The notes below the pieces were generated by a model, which saw nothing but the letters and a program-made list of their open reading frames with translations, did not search any database and had not been told where the DNA came from. 64,000 nucleotides of DNA from the human T2T-CHM13v2.0 reference genome, Homo sapiens, in NCBI RefSeq assembly GCF_009914755.1, contig NC_060929.1; one strand, 5' to 3'. Positions 12,114 through 25,528 of this stretch are shown here, one piece after another (position 1 is the stretch's first letter; every line of letters begins with the position of its first letter). The translations under genes and the position numbers were made by a program.

Positions 12114-14038
12114 TGGGGATTACAACTCAGCATGAGATTTGAGTGGGGACACAGAGCCAAATGATTTTATTCTACTCCTGGTCCCTACAAAATCTCATGT
12201 TCTTCTCACATTTCAAAACACAATCATGGCTTCCCAACAGTAGCCCAAAGTATTTACTCATTTCAGCATTGACTCAAAGTCCAAGTCCAAAGTCTCAAAG
12301 TCTCTTTTGCCTATAGGCCTGTAAAATAAAAAAACAGGTTAGTTACTTTCAAGATACAATGGGGATACAGGCATTTGGGTAAATATGGTGTACAGGCAAT
12401 GAGTAAATACTCCCTTTTCAAAAGGGAGAAATTGGCCAAAGCAAAGGAGCTATTAGGTCCCAAGTAAGTTCAAAACCCAGCACAAAGTCATTAAATCTTA
12501 ATGATTCAAAATCATCTTCTTTGGCTTCACGTCTCATATCCAGGCCATGCTGATACAAGGGGCAGGCTCCCAAGGCTCTGCAAGGTATAGCTCCCGTGGC
12601 TGCTTTCATGAGCTAACATTGAGTGTCTGTGGCTTTTCCAGGCACACAGTGGAAGCTCTTGGTCGATCTACCATTCTGAGGTCTGGAGGATAATGGCCCT
12701 CTTCTCACAGCTCCACTTGGCAGTGCCACAGTGGGGACTCTGTGTGTGGGCTCCAACCCCACATTTTCCCTCTTCACTGCCCTAGTAGAGGTTCTTCATA
12801 AGGGCTCTGCTTCTGGAGAAGACTTCTGCTTGGACACCCAGGCTTTTCCATACATCATTTTCTGAAATCTAGGCAGAGGATCACAAGCCTCAACTCTTGC
12901 ACTCTGTTCACCTGCAGGCTTAACACTATGTGGAAGCCACCAAGGCTTGTGGTTTTCACTCTCTGAAGCAGCATTCCAAGTACCTGGGCCTGGGAGGGCT
13001 CCTGTGATGGTCCCTGAAATATCTTCAGGGCCTGTTTCTCATGGTCTTGGCTATTAGTACCTCCCTTCTTTGTAGTTATGCAAATTTCTGAAGCCTGCTT
13101 GAATTCCTTCCCTAAAAATAGGTTTTTCTTCCCTACCACAGGGCCACACTGCAAATTTTTCAAAATTTTATGCTTTGTGTCCCTTTTAAATATAAGTTCC
13201 AGTCTCAGATCATCTCTTTGTTCATTCATATAAACATAGGCTTTTAGAAGCAGCCAGGTCAAATCTTGAATTCTTTGCTGCTTAGAAATTTCTTTCACCA
13301 AATACCCTAAGTCATCTCTCTCAAGTTTAAAGTTCAACAGATTCCCTAGAGCTGGGCAAAATGCCACCAGTATCTTTGCTAAAGCATAGCAAGACTGACT
13401 TTACTCCAATTCCCAATAAGTTTTTCATTTCCATCTGAAACCTCCTCAGCCTGGACTTAATTGTTCATGTCACTATCAACATTTTGGTCACAATGACACA
13501 ACAAGTCTCTAGGAAGTTTCCAAGCCTTCATTCATCTTCCTGTATTCTTCTGGGCCCTCCAAACTGTTTCAACTTCTGTCTATTACCCAGTTCCAAATCA
13601 CTTCCACGTTTTCAGGTATCTTTATAGCAATGTCCTACTCCCAGTACCAATTTTCTATGTTAGTCTGTTCTCACATTGGTACGAAGAACTACCTGAGACT
13701 GGGTAATTTATAAAGAAAAGAGTTTTAATTGGCTCACAGTTCCACAGACTATACAGAAGCATGGCTGGTGAGGAATCAGGGAACTTACAATAATGGTGGA
13801 AGGTGAAGGGGAAGCAGCCATTGTCTTCACATGGAAGAACAGCAGAGAAAGAGTAAAGGGGGAAGTGCAACACATTTTCAAACAACTAGATCTTGTGAGA
13901 ACTCATTCAGCATCACAAGAATAGCAAGGTAGAAATCTATCCCATGATACAATCACTTCCCACTAGGTCCCTTCCTCTACATTGGGGATTACAATTCAAC
14001 ATGAGCTTTAGGTGGGGACACAGAGCCAAACTATATCA
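12114..14038 (-). mobile_element. MSTA-type MaLR: LTR remnant 12114-12166, internal 12167-13655, full LTR 13656-14038
   Basis: gaactacctgagactgggtaatttataaagaaaag LTR signature; ends gccaaactatatca; ORF 12855-13367 is the decayed MaLR internal ORF. Confidence 0.9.
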
Positions 14039-14121
14039 GTGACCTAAGAAAAAATTTAAACTTTTTAAATTCCCAAATGCCTGTTTTGGATTTCCTGTAA
14101 TATTTACAAAAGCTATATTTC

Positions 14122-14190
14122 ACCCTGTAGTCTAGTGGTTATGATTTGGTTCTGTCAACACTTCAGCCTGGGTTTAATTCCTAGTCATAA
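14122..14190 (+). pseudogene. Degenerate tRNA-Glu-derived sequence inside the ERV internal region
   Basis: 14127-14187 aligns ungapped to human tRNA-Glu(CTC) at about 45/61 by manual count; A-box gtctagtgg and B-box-like ggtttaattcc. Confidence 0.75.
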
Positions 14191-14336
14191 GTTTCTTAAA
14201 AATGTAAATTCTTCAAACCTAAAGAAAGAACAGACATTTATATGAATTAGTTTAAATCATTTGTTGTGAATCTATATTCTTGTGAATCAGGGACCCATTT
14301 GTTATTTATCATTTTCCCCTTCATGAACAGCTTTGA

Positions 14337-14431
14337 GTTTTCTTTTTTCTTTTCTTTCTTTCTTTCTTTCTTTTTTTCTTTCATCTCTCTCTCTCTCTCC
14401 CTTCCTTCCTCTCTCTCTCGCTCTCTTTTTT
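14337..14431. repeat. (TTTC)n/(CT)n microsatellite
   Basis: Visible pyrimidine repeat. Confidence 0.9.
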
Positions 14432-14584
14432 GTCTATTTTAATTTTCCATCTATGGGACACACAGGAAGGTCGGCCTTTGTGCATAGATCTTTAGCTGAG
14501 AAGCTGACAGCCTAGAGAATATTGCAGGACACAAATGTAAATCCTTCCCCATTTGTGGCTAACAAATTTTTCCTTTCTTTAAGC

Positions 14585-16542
14585 TATGAAAGGAAAATAA
14601 ATATCTGGACCCCAAACTCACTAAGCTAAAGGAATAAGTCAAGCTGGTAACGGGGTCATGAAAACCTGTCTCCCATTTTGGTTTTTAAATAAGATGGCTA
14701 AGATGATGTAAAGCTACATGCCTGCTTCACATTTTGCCCACAAGGAATTTCCTTGTGGATCCCAAGATCTTTACACTATAGCATTTCTGTTAAAGTTCAC
14801 CATAGCAATGTAAATTGATAGATTATATTCTCAGGTGCAGGGACATAAAACAGAACTCAAAGTCATCCCTCTGCCCACCTGAGATCAATGCATATCTGAT
14901 TGTTTCCTCTGTACTATTGTGTCTGGAATTGGTGGGTTCTTGGTCTCGCTGACTTCAACAATGAAGCCGCTGACCCTCGCAGTGAGTGTTACAGTTCTTA
15001 AATATGGTGTGTCCGGAGTTTGTTCCTTCTGATGTTCGGATGTGTCCAGAGTTTCTTCCTTCTGGTGGGTTCGTGGTCTTGCTGACTTCAGGAGTGAAGC
15101 TGCAGACCTTTGCAGTGAGTGTTACAGTTCATAATGGTGGCATGCCTGGAGTTGTTCATTCCTCCTGGTGGGTTTGTGGTCTTGCTGGCTGCAGGAGTGA
15201 AGCTGCAGACCTTCGTGGTGTTACAGATCACAAAGGCAGCATGGACACAAAGAGTGAGCAGCAGCGAGATTTATTGCAAAGAATTAAAAAACAAAGCTTC
15301 CACAGTGCAGAAGGGGACCCAAGCTGGTTGCCGCTGCTGGCTGGGGCAGCCTGCTTTTATTCCCTTATTTGACTCCACCCACATCCTGCTGATTAGCCCA
15401 TTTTACAGAAAGCTGATTGGCCCGTTTTACAGAGGGCTGATTGGTGCGTTTACAAACCTTGACCTAGACACAGAGTGCTGATTGGTGGATTTACAATCCT
15501 TTAGCTAGACATAAAAGTTTCCAAGTCCCCACTACATTAGCTAGACACAGAGCACTGATTGATGCATTTACAAACCTTGAGCTAGACACAGAGTGCTGAT
15601 TGGTGCATTTACAATCCTTTTGCTAGACATAAAAGTTCCCCAAGTCCCCACTTGACTCAGGAGCCCAGCTGGCTTTGCCTAGTGGATCCTGTGCCAGGGC
15701 CATGGGCAGAGCTGCCCACCAGTCCCGTGCCACCCACCTGCACTCCTTAGCCCTTGGGCTGTTGATGGGACTGGGTGCTGCGGAGCAGGGGGCTGAGCCC
15801 GTTGGGGAGGCTTAGGCCACTGGGGAGCCCACCAGTAGGGGGGCTTGGGCATGGCAGGCTGCGGGTCCCGAGCCCTGCCCTGTGGGGAGGTGGCTGAGGC
15901 GCGGCAAGAATTCAAGTGTGGCACGGGTGGGCCAGTAGTGCTGGGGGACCTGGCGCATCCTCCACAGCTGATGGCCCAGGTGCTAAGCCCCTCACTGCCG
16001 GGGGCCGACAGCGCCGGCTGGCCGTCCACTTCAAAAGCAGGGCCTACCAAGCCTGTGCCCACCCGGAACTCGTGCTGTCCGATGAGCTCCACGTGCAGCC
16101 CCAGTTCCCACCCGCACCTTGCCCTCCACACCTCCCCGCAAGTAGAGGGAGCTGGCCCCAGCCTTGGCCAGCCCAGAGAGGGGCTCCCACAGTGCAGTGG
16201 CAGGCTGAAGGGCTCCTCAAGCACGCCGAGGCTGAGGAGGCACCAAGAGTGAGTGAGGGCTGCTAGCACGTTGTTGCCTCTCACTATTGTCTATGTTATC
16301 TTATATAAAAATGTAGATTCACTCATCCAGACAAAGACATGAATGACTATTTTCCCTGACTCCCTTCTCACATGAAAATTGTGTAGTTCTCAATATCCTG
16401 CCCTTTCCCCTTTAAATATTGAAGCCCTCAAAATCATCTTTGGAGAAAGACAGAGACCTGTCTCCTGGGTGTGTTTTTAGCTATGGCAAATACATCTCCT
16501 AAAATGACTGAGACTTGCTTTCATCATTTTCCTTGATTGACA
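14585..16542 (+). mobile_element. MER4A-like solo LTR, split by LTR12
   Basis: tatgaaaggaaaataaat...tcactaagctaaagg start; ends gattgaca; TSD aagc (14581-14584, 16543-16546). Confidence 0.8.
14918..16283 (-). mobile_element. LTR12 (ERV9; LTR12D-like) solo LTR
   Basis: Reverse strand starts tgagaggcaacaacgtgctagcag; repeated ctgattgg (CCAAT) units 15390-15605; U5 repeats; exact 4-bp TSD ctat. Confidence 0.93.
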
Positions 16543-18124
16543 AAGCTATAGAGGCACTGTGAAAACAGCAATGTGCCTCTAAGAACAGTTTAAAGCCCAT
16601 CTATCTATCTCAGGATGCTTGCAGATATTGTAAGAAATTGAGACATTGAAAACAAGACTGTCTGCTCATTAAACAATAAAAAAGAGAAAGAAAAATTAAA
16701 ATAGTAATTAATTAACCTAAACCTCTGTTAAACAAATATCCACCCACAACCCTCCAATGACCCTCGCCCCAATGCAACTTCTTCTTGGTACAAATTTCTA
16801 CAAGGAAAAGACAAGAACAAGAATGTTTGCTTTTTGCCTGGATAAGGCTTGATAAAAAAAATTTTTAAGAGCTCTGGGGTCAGAAGTTAGCTTAATTAAA
16901 AGTTGATATTCAGGCTATTTTTTTAAGGTCTTTCTACTTTTTCTCTTTTGGGTTCTGTTTCTGGGAGTTTTTATCAGTTCACAGAAACCTCTTTTAATTA
17001 TATAGTTCAGTCCTTCTGTTACCTTGCTTTCTTATTGGCATGATTTTTGCTGAGAAAAATGTGAAGTTTTATTGGCCTTTTAGAAAGCTTAAAATCTTCG
17101 AAAAATTGGCTCCTCTAAGGTTCTTTCCTCTACTTCCTTTCACTTATTTCTCCTTCCTTTTCATCAGCTTCAATTTCTTACGGCGAGATCTAGAGGAGAC
17201 TTCTAGTGACTCTGAGACCCCTTTAGGAACCAAAAAAAAAAAAAAGGCACCACAGTCACCATTTTGGGGATCTCCCTGTCTTTCTCATAGCTCCCCAAGA
17301 GTCATGAGCAGATTCCTCTCAAGTTTCAAGCTCCATTGTTTGTTGTTGTTGTTTGTTTTTGCACTGAGTTTCCTGATTTATTTGGATTTTGAGGAATACG
17401 GGGAGTTACTTTGTACTGTGAGGAAGTGCTTGACATTTGAGTGTACAAGGACTGGTGAGTCACTGGAAAGGAATGAAGTTTTAAAGGTGGCTGGCAGAAG
17501 TTGCAGTGCATGGTTATTACTTGAAGGAGGCTACTGGTTTCTTTGTGCATTTACGTAAGAAAAGTGTGGTTTGGATACTTAGAGGCTGTGGGAACACTTG
17601 GCATGGAGGAATAGACTCTTCTGGGGGGAGAGCTGATCACAGAGTCGACTGATTGGCATTGGGTTGTAGCTGCCAAATGGGTTTATTTTGCCTGCTGCTG
17701 AGATAGAGCCAATTTATCAAGACAGAAGAATTGCAATAGAGAGTTTAATTCACACAGAGCTGGCTGAAGGGGAAACCAGAGCTTTATTACTCAATTCAGT
17801 CTCCTGGGAAGTTTGAAGACTGGGGTTTTTAAAGGATAATTTGGTGGCTCGGGGGGCGAGGGAGTGGGGAGTGCTGATTGGTCAGGTCGGGGATCAAGTC
17901 ACAGGGAGTCAAAGCTGTCCGCCTTCACTGAGTTGGTCCTGAATAGGCACCACAAGACCAGATAGCCAGTTTACTGGTCTAGGTGGCACTAGCTGGTGCT
18001 TCAAAATGCAGGGTCTGAAAAATATCACGAACACTAATCTTAGGTTTTACAATAGTGATGTTATCTTTGGGAGCTATTGGGGAGCTTTGGAATCTTGCTG
18101 CCTCTGGCTGCATAACTTCTAGAC

Positions 18125-18801
<677 letters not shown>

Positions 18802-19369
18802 TCCTAGACCATAATTTCTAATCTCGTGGCTAGTGTGTTAGTCTTACAAAGGGAGTCTGGTCCTCAGGTTAGATGGGGTTTGTTTCGGAAAGAGCTGTTA
18901 TCTTTGTTTTAAAGTAAAATTATAACCTAAGTTCCTTCCAAAGTTAGTTCAGCCTATGCCTAGGAATGAAAAAGGGCAGCTTGGAGGTTAGAAGCAAGAT
19001 GTCAGTTAAGTCAGATTTCTGTCACTGTCCTAATTTTCTCACTGTTATAAGTTTTGCAAAGCCAGGGGCACCTACCAACCTCGAAGGAATGTCCTTACAG
19101 TGAGGTGCACTTTGGGTTCAGTGTAAAAATGAGATCCTGGATTTTTGTGGATGTAGTTTCTCTGCCTTCCAGCTGTACATGTTTTCACATATTTGGCCTT
19201 GGAAACTTCAATGCATTGTCAGTCCTATTCATTAGTAGGCTCTTCCTAGACCTAAGAGGCCCAGTTGAAAAACAGAATAGACTGGCAGCTATCTATATAA
19301 CTAAAATTGGTCTCTTTACAAAAGCTTGTGGCAAATTTCTATGTTTTTGTGTTACTTTGGCATCCATTT

Positions 19370-19874
19370 ATTGGAGAGATGAGGTGTTCACACAGAGAGG
19401 ATTAGCATCACAAGTGTTTTAAGCAGATACTTCCAAAACATGAGCTCTCTCCAATAGCAACAGTAGGTGGCTACAAAATTATTACAATAGTACCATATGT
19501 ACTGGAGTAAATTTTATGCAGTTATAATTTAATACACATCTTTACATTTGCTTACATTTATCTCAACTGTGAATGGCATTGTGGATGGTCTGTGCTTATG
19601 TGCATAATTTTTGACAAATTTTAGCTTTTTATAATAAACTAGTGTACACCTTATTGTAGTAAATTATAAAATGAACTAGTACTTACATATATTTTATGCA
19701 TTCATGACATACCTTTTTATTATTTTCAATATTTTTAGGTTACATGGTTCATCTAAGGGTTTTTTTTTTCAAATTATTGCAATGCTCCAAAAAATTTTTG
19801 ATATATTTATTGAAAAAAAATCCACGAATAGCTGGACCTACTTAGTTCAAACCATGTTATTCAAAGGTCAATTG
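19370..19874. mobile_element. Tigger2-family DNA transposon fragment
   Basis: Terminal gttcaaaccatgttattcaaaggtcaattg followed by TA. Confidence 0.75.
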
Positions 19875-19995
19875 TAATTGGAGATACTGAGGGTTTTTTA
19901 ACCAATGCTTTAATTGGAGTGTCATATTTTCAAATATGACTACTTGAGGGATTGAGGTTGACTTTCATGGATCCAATAAAAACCTCCTCGAGGGG

Positions 19996-20311
19996 GGCCA
20001 GACCAGTGGCTCATGCCTCTAATTCCAGCACTTTGAGAGGCCAAGGCAGGTGAATCTCTTGAGCCCAGGAGTTCAAGATCAGCCTGAGCAACAATGGCAA
20101 AATCTCTGTTTCTCCAAAAATACAAAAAATTAGCCGGGTGTGGTTGCATGAGCCTGTAGTCCAAGCTACTCAAGAGGCTGAGGTGGGAGGATCACCTGAG
20201 CCCATGGAGATCCAGGCTGCAGTAAGCTGTGATCAAACCACTGCACTCCGGCCTGAGTGACAGAGTAAGACCCTGTCTAAAAACAACAACAACAACAACG
20301 ACAACAAAAAC
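19996..20311 (+). mobile_element. AluJ with (CAA)n tail
   Basis: Dimeric Alu with J-type gaggctgaggtgggaggatcacctgagccc. Confidence 0.9.
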
Positions 20312-20419
20312 AGTCCTTTGGAAAAACTGGTCTGGTACTTTATCTACATGTTTCCTTTACAGAATTTCTGACTGTGGTAAGTAAACAATGTTACTTTCTT
20401 TCTCTCTCTCTCTCTCTTT

Positions 20420-20543
20420 TTTTTTTTCTAAGTGAATCTCATTGTGTTGCCCAGGTTCGTCTTAAACTCCTGGGCTCAAGTAATACTCCCACCTGGGCCT
20501 CTCAAAGTGCTGGGATTGCAGGCATGAGCCAGCACACCCAGCT
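20420..20543 (-). mobile_element. FLAM/Alu monomer
   Basis: ctcaaagtgctgggattgcaggcatgagcc preceded by a T/CT tract. Confidence 0.8.
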
Positions 20544-21498
20544 CCAGTGCTACTGTGCGTCAGGCCTAGGAACCTCAGGATATTTTGAAGACCTTAAGAA
20601 GAAAGAAATGCATCCAATTTATACAGGTATTACAGGCATAGCATTTGGCTTGACTCCTAAGTCTCAAGGTTTTTAAAACTCTAATTTGAAATTCCTTATA
20701 AAATAGTTCCAGAAAAGCCAACTTTGAAAGAACAGATATGGACAATCTCTCTTCTTGCTATACTTTATGTAAATAATTAGGCCGAGTATAATAAGACTAA
20801 AAATTATTTTGCAGATAAATTGATCTTATTATGATTTATTCTTGGTAGTGATGGGGATCTAGAGAGATTAAAATTGTGTTTCAGAAGAAAACTATGATAC
20901 AGCTCTTATTAGATTCTAGCCCTGTTCGTTGTTTTTGAGTTTTAATTATTGCCCCATAATTTGGACCAAATTCTGAATTATTTCCTGGCTACAAATCTTC
21001 AAACTATGTTTCTAAGTTTTTCTCCCATTTTTCCAACCTGGAGTCACTAATATTGAAATTCCCTTTTTCTGCAAGTCCTGAAGACTGAAACTTATGTATA
21101 AAAAATCTTGTGACATACAAACCAGAAAGCAGAAAAATCTATCAGATTGCCACCGTCTGCCCATTCCAAATGAAGATGCTTCAGAGACTCTAGAAAAACT
21201 AGTTATAGACTACTCTAGGCATTGAATTTCACTTTTCTTCTTTTTTTCATACAAATGCTTCTTATTAAAGATTCATTTGCCTGTATCACATATAGAGTCC
21301 TGGCTTTGAGAATGCATCTACAATGCCTTCTCCTAAAATGATACAAATTGCTTAAATGGACTGGCTTATTCCCAGAAGAGGAAGGCTGATTTAATGGGAT
21401 CCTTTGCCAAACAGCTATTAGCTTGTTTTTTTCTCTTCACAGCCACCAACTCAGCTTTTAATGTGTGAAACTTCTAGGGAAGTTTTAGACAGGGGGAA

Positions 21499-21830
21499 TG
21501 TTGGGGCACAAAAACAATTTCTGGAAATATAGGGCTTTAGCATGATGAGTGCTTTGAAAATAGAAAGGACTCAGAAATAAACTTGCCAAACAATGTTCCT
21601 CTGTGACCTTTTGCCTGACTCCGTGTCTCTCTGATCACCTTTCTGGAAGCACTGAGAGGGACTCTCTAGAATTTCTTTATCTAAGAAGCTTAACTTCTTA
21701 AGACTCCTTCCCTAGGAATGTTATTAAGTAGCCAGGAAACATCAACTATGAGACAGGAAGTCATCATCACAGCCAGCCAGCCTTTTTAGCTATTCTTCTG
21801 AAGGAAGCACCAAGAGATTACCTGGGGGTT
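21499..21830 (+). mobile_element. MER34/MER39-like LTR, partial
   Basis: tgttggggcacaaaaac...gcatgatgagtgctttgaa directly after the PPT. Confidence 0.55.
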
Positions 21831-23274
21831 CTTGGATATTTAATTCTTGATAAGTTTCCTAGAGTTTTCTAAATTATGCATTTTGAAATTCAGTTTTTGT
21901 CCAATGATATATTTGTACTGTAATGATTTCTTCATAACTTTAACTTGTGGAGAAAAAAAATGAAAGACACGACTATGTGATACCAATATTCCATTTGTTT
22001 TGTCAGCTTTCTGTTTGCAACTCAGAAAGTAAGGATTTTAATAATATGCAAGTAACTATAAAACATAGACACTATAGCTATCCCTCTTGAACTATCAAAA
22101 AAAAAAGCAAAATTTTAAGGACGCTCCTGTACTTTTAATTGAAGAATACCAGATAAAAATTTTGGTCCTACAACTTGCCAATTTTGTGATTACAGGTCAC
22201 TTCATCTCATCATTTTGAAAATGGTAAGTACCTATCTTAGGACATTTATAAAATGAAACACATGCATACAAAGTGTGTAATAGTCCCTGGCTTAGACTAA
22301 GTGCTTACATAACTGTACCTTTGCTGCTAGTGTTTGAACTTTTATATCATATTCCAGCTTCACATTATCCACTAAATGTGTTCAACAGTTAATCACTGAA
22401 CTAACATTAAATAGTTAAAAGTCTGAAGTGTGTGAGTACAACGAATACTAAATATGCACAACATATTTTTGGAAAATTTTTACCTACTCAATATCTCTTT
22501 ACTTTGTATAATTAATATATAAAAACAAAAAAAATAAAATAATTTGCTTACAGTATTCTATACCACATAATATGTAATGACAAAATTTAAACATGAGAAA
22601 CAACAGTAGAAACGTTAGATGACAAGGGGAATAAAATTAGTGTGAAATCTGCATACCGTTAGGTGCTAGCAAGGGTAGCATGTGGCCTTGAGTTTCAAAG
22701 TAAAAAATACAGAGAAAAATAATTAGTTTAAAATGTGTTGATTTCCTTAAAATAGCAACAAATGAAGCCAAAATTGTTTTTCCTTTTACTGAGATCTGAA
22801 ATAAATTTCTCACATAGATATTTAAAGTGGACATTGTTTTAGATTAAAGCAAATTTTAGTGCTTCTATTGTTAAACTAATGTGTTTGATAAGGTCTTTCT
22901 TTTAAAAAATTCTCTTTTTGAGTTAATAGATAAGGGCAAATTAAAGGAACAGCAATTATTTGATAAACTAAAATAATATAGGCTTTTTATTACTTTTTTG
23001 TCAAGCTTGAACTGAATAGGAAATATACAATTTATATGAATGTGTATAGATATGTATATGTGTATACATAATACATGCATATATTATATTCCTTGAAAGC
23101 TGGCACTATCAAATTTACATATGTAGTTTGTTGAGTTTTTTTATTCCATATATGTAGAGAAGAGGATAAAACATTTATGTCAGAAGAAAAAATATGACAA
23201 AAAGATTGAGTTCAAGGAAACTTTCTTACTATATTTAATAAACTGGAGACATAATCTATATGCCCTGTAATTAA

Positions 23275-23788
23275 CCCTATTCCTGTTTAGAAAAAAAAAA
23301 AAAGGGCAACTTGCTGCCAGCGCTCATTTAATTTTACATAAACACACTTTTTGAGGCTGAAGAATATCTGATTGGTTTTCAATGTAAAAATGAAATATTA
23401 AAACTGTTCTTCGAGTTATTTCTAAACAGAACTAACATCAGAATTGCCTGAATCATAAGAATCATCTATTTTGGAAAAACCAGATTCATCAAATGAATCT
23501 TAAGCCAACACTCATTTGAGAATGATGTTAACGTCATGAGTAGGGATCCTACATTTTCTAGGATTTGACATTTTCAGTGATCAAGAATTACTATATTTTA
23601 TAAATAGAAATACCACTACTAACCACAGAAAGCTATAAACAGAATAATGTCTTTTGTTTCCAAAGTCAATATACTAGAGCACTGAGAAAAATATAATAAA
23701 AGCAACATATTTTGTAGCAGTGTTATCTCAGGGTAAATACTGCAGCCACAGGCCCCAGCGAGTATTCTCGGAGCAAATGGGAATGGGC
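23275..23788 (-). mobile_element. MER75 piggyBac non-autonomous element
   Basis: TTAA at 23271-23274 and 23789-23792; TIRs ccctattcctgttt / aaatgggaatggg; PGBD4-like N-terminal remnant on the minus strand. Confidence 0.92.
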
Positions 23789-24183
23789 TTAATTCCATAA
23801 AATTGACATACACGTTGACAAAAATAACCTTGATGCAGATCATAGGGAAATTTGTGTTGTATAAGCTTCAACAAGTCTGTTAGGTTGCCCAAGGTCTAAA
23901 TTGTTCAAAATCATTGAAAGCCTTTTGGCATTTTATTGTCTGAAATATTTGAATTATTTGAGCAATATGTAAAGATCTTAAAGCTTAAAAACTCTTACTC
24001 TTTTTCTTATCAAGTACGTTTTATAATTTCTTTTCAATTTAATTTGTGAGTTACCAATTGAAATGTTATATTTTCAATATGAATTAATTTCATGTAGGTT
24101 AGAGTCCTATCTTTAGTTATTTTACCAACTTGTCTTTAACTTTTAGCACATTATGATAAAAGACAGTCAGCAGTAAGGTTTTT

Positions 24184-24471
24184 CTTTTGTTTTGTTTTGT
24201 TTTTTTGAGATGGAGTCTCACTCTGTCCCACAAGCTGGAGTCCGATGGTGTGATCTCGGCCTACCACAACGTCCGCTTCCCAGGTTCAAGCGATTGTCCT
24301 GCCTCAGCCTCCTCAGGCACCTGCCACCACGCCCAGCTAATTTTGTATTTTCAGTAGAGAAGGAGTTTCTTCATGTTGCTCAGGCTGGTCTTGGACTCCC
24401 GACCTCAGGTGACCCTCCGGCCTCGGCTTCCCAAAGTGCTGGGATTACAGGTGTGAGCCACCGCGCCGGGC
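24184..24471 (-). mobile_element. AluS with a short internal deletion
   Basis: Lacks the gagtagctgggatta block; flanked by cagca(g/a)taagg. Confidence 0.9.
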
Positions 24472-24516
24472 AGCAATAAGGATTTTTATCCAGAATCTAG
24501 TTTGGGGGAAGTTATG

Positions 24517-24518
<2 letters not shown>

Positions 24519-24566
<48 letters not shown>
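24519..24566. repeat. (TA)n microsatellite
   Basis: Perfect TA run. Confidence 0.95.
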
Positions 24567-24567
<1 letters not shown>

Positions 24568-25372
24568 GCACACATACATTTAAGGACTAAATTCTCTTAT
24601 GATGTTAACATGAATGCATTTTGCAAATATGCTTGTAATTTTTCAAAATATACCTGATTTGAATGTAATGGAAACAATAGGAATGCCTGTATAAGTTAGC
24701 AAGAAATTTGAGAAAACTACTCTGAAATTCTTTTTAAAAATGATACATGTACTCCTTTGCCCAGAATGTTTCAAAGGTACTTCTTTCCATTTGTTTTTAG
24801 ATTTATGACTCTAGAATTCCATTTAGAAGAACTCTCATTCAAATGCAGAAAAGAAAGGGAGCCCAAAGGGAAGATAGAAGTGACTCACTGACATAAAATA
24901 GGCTGAGAAACAGTTACGTGAGTAATGCATAATGAAATTGTGTGAATATAAAGTGCAAGTGGAAAACTATTAAATTATATAAATAAAAAATAGTTATATC
25001 CAGATTATATGCATCTGTCTATATCTAAATGGGTGAAATAATGCACTGACATAATAAGAAGTAATAGTTATAATTTGGAAAATAAAAGAGTATACCATAC
25101 AATATATTCTAGGGAAAATAATAGCAATGAAAGACAATGATGACTTTTTGTATGTATACCCACAAATAATCTATATTTCAAGTATTAAGACAGATTTCAA
25201 ATATTAAGTTTTATTTAAAGAATTTTTCCGTTCTTGAAATCTGCAAAAAGTAATAAAACCATCTCCTACTCCTCAGTTTTCAGTTCTGCAATTTTATTTT
25301 CATTCACCATTAAAAATTGAAATGGTTAATTTGATTATTGTCTTAAATTACCTTTCATTTTGGCACAACAGC

Positions 25373-25528
25373 TAGTTTTCTAATCTTCAATATGTATGTG
25401 AGTGTATATATATACACACACATAGTTTTCTAATCTTCAATATGTATGTGTGTTTGTGTGTGTATATATATACACACACGGCTATACATATACACACATA
25501 TGTATATATATATGTGTGTATATATATT
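25373..25528. repeat. 50-bp tandem duplication merging into a (TA/TG/CA)n microsatellite
   Basis: tagttttctaatcttcaatatgtatgtg at 25373 and 25423. Confidence 0.9.

Noticed and set aside
12855-13367. 170-aa ORF (also 58422-58874)
   Set aside because: Decayed MaLR internal ORF with frameshifts; not a host gene.
12167-13655. Similarity to 57912-59506 as a possible segmental duplication
   Set aside because: Similarity is confined to the MST element with different flanks; these are independent insertions of one family.
14940-15650. Regularly spaced repeats resembling a CRISPR or other array
   Set aside because: These are the normal U5 and U3 tandem repeats of LTR12; no unique spacers, and the context is eukaryotic.
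15679-16284. 201-aa ORF and GC-rich island resembling a gene promoter or exon
   Set aside because: Lies entirely within the GC-rich U3 of LTR12; overlapping ORFs on both strands are a composition artefact.
17040-17558. 172-aa hydrophobic ORF
   Set aside because: Low-complexity T-rich ERV1 internal sequence with no recognisable domain.
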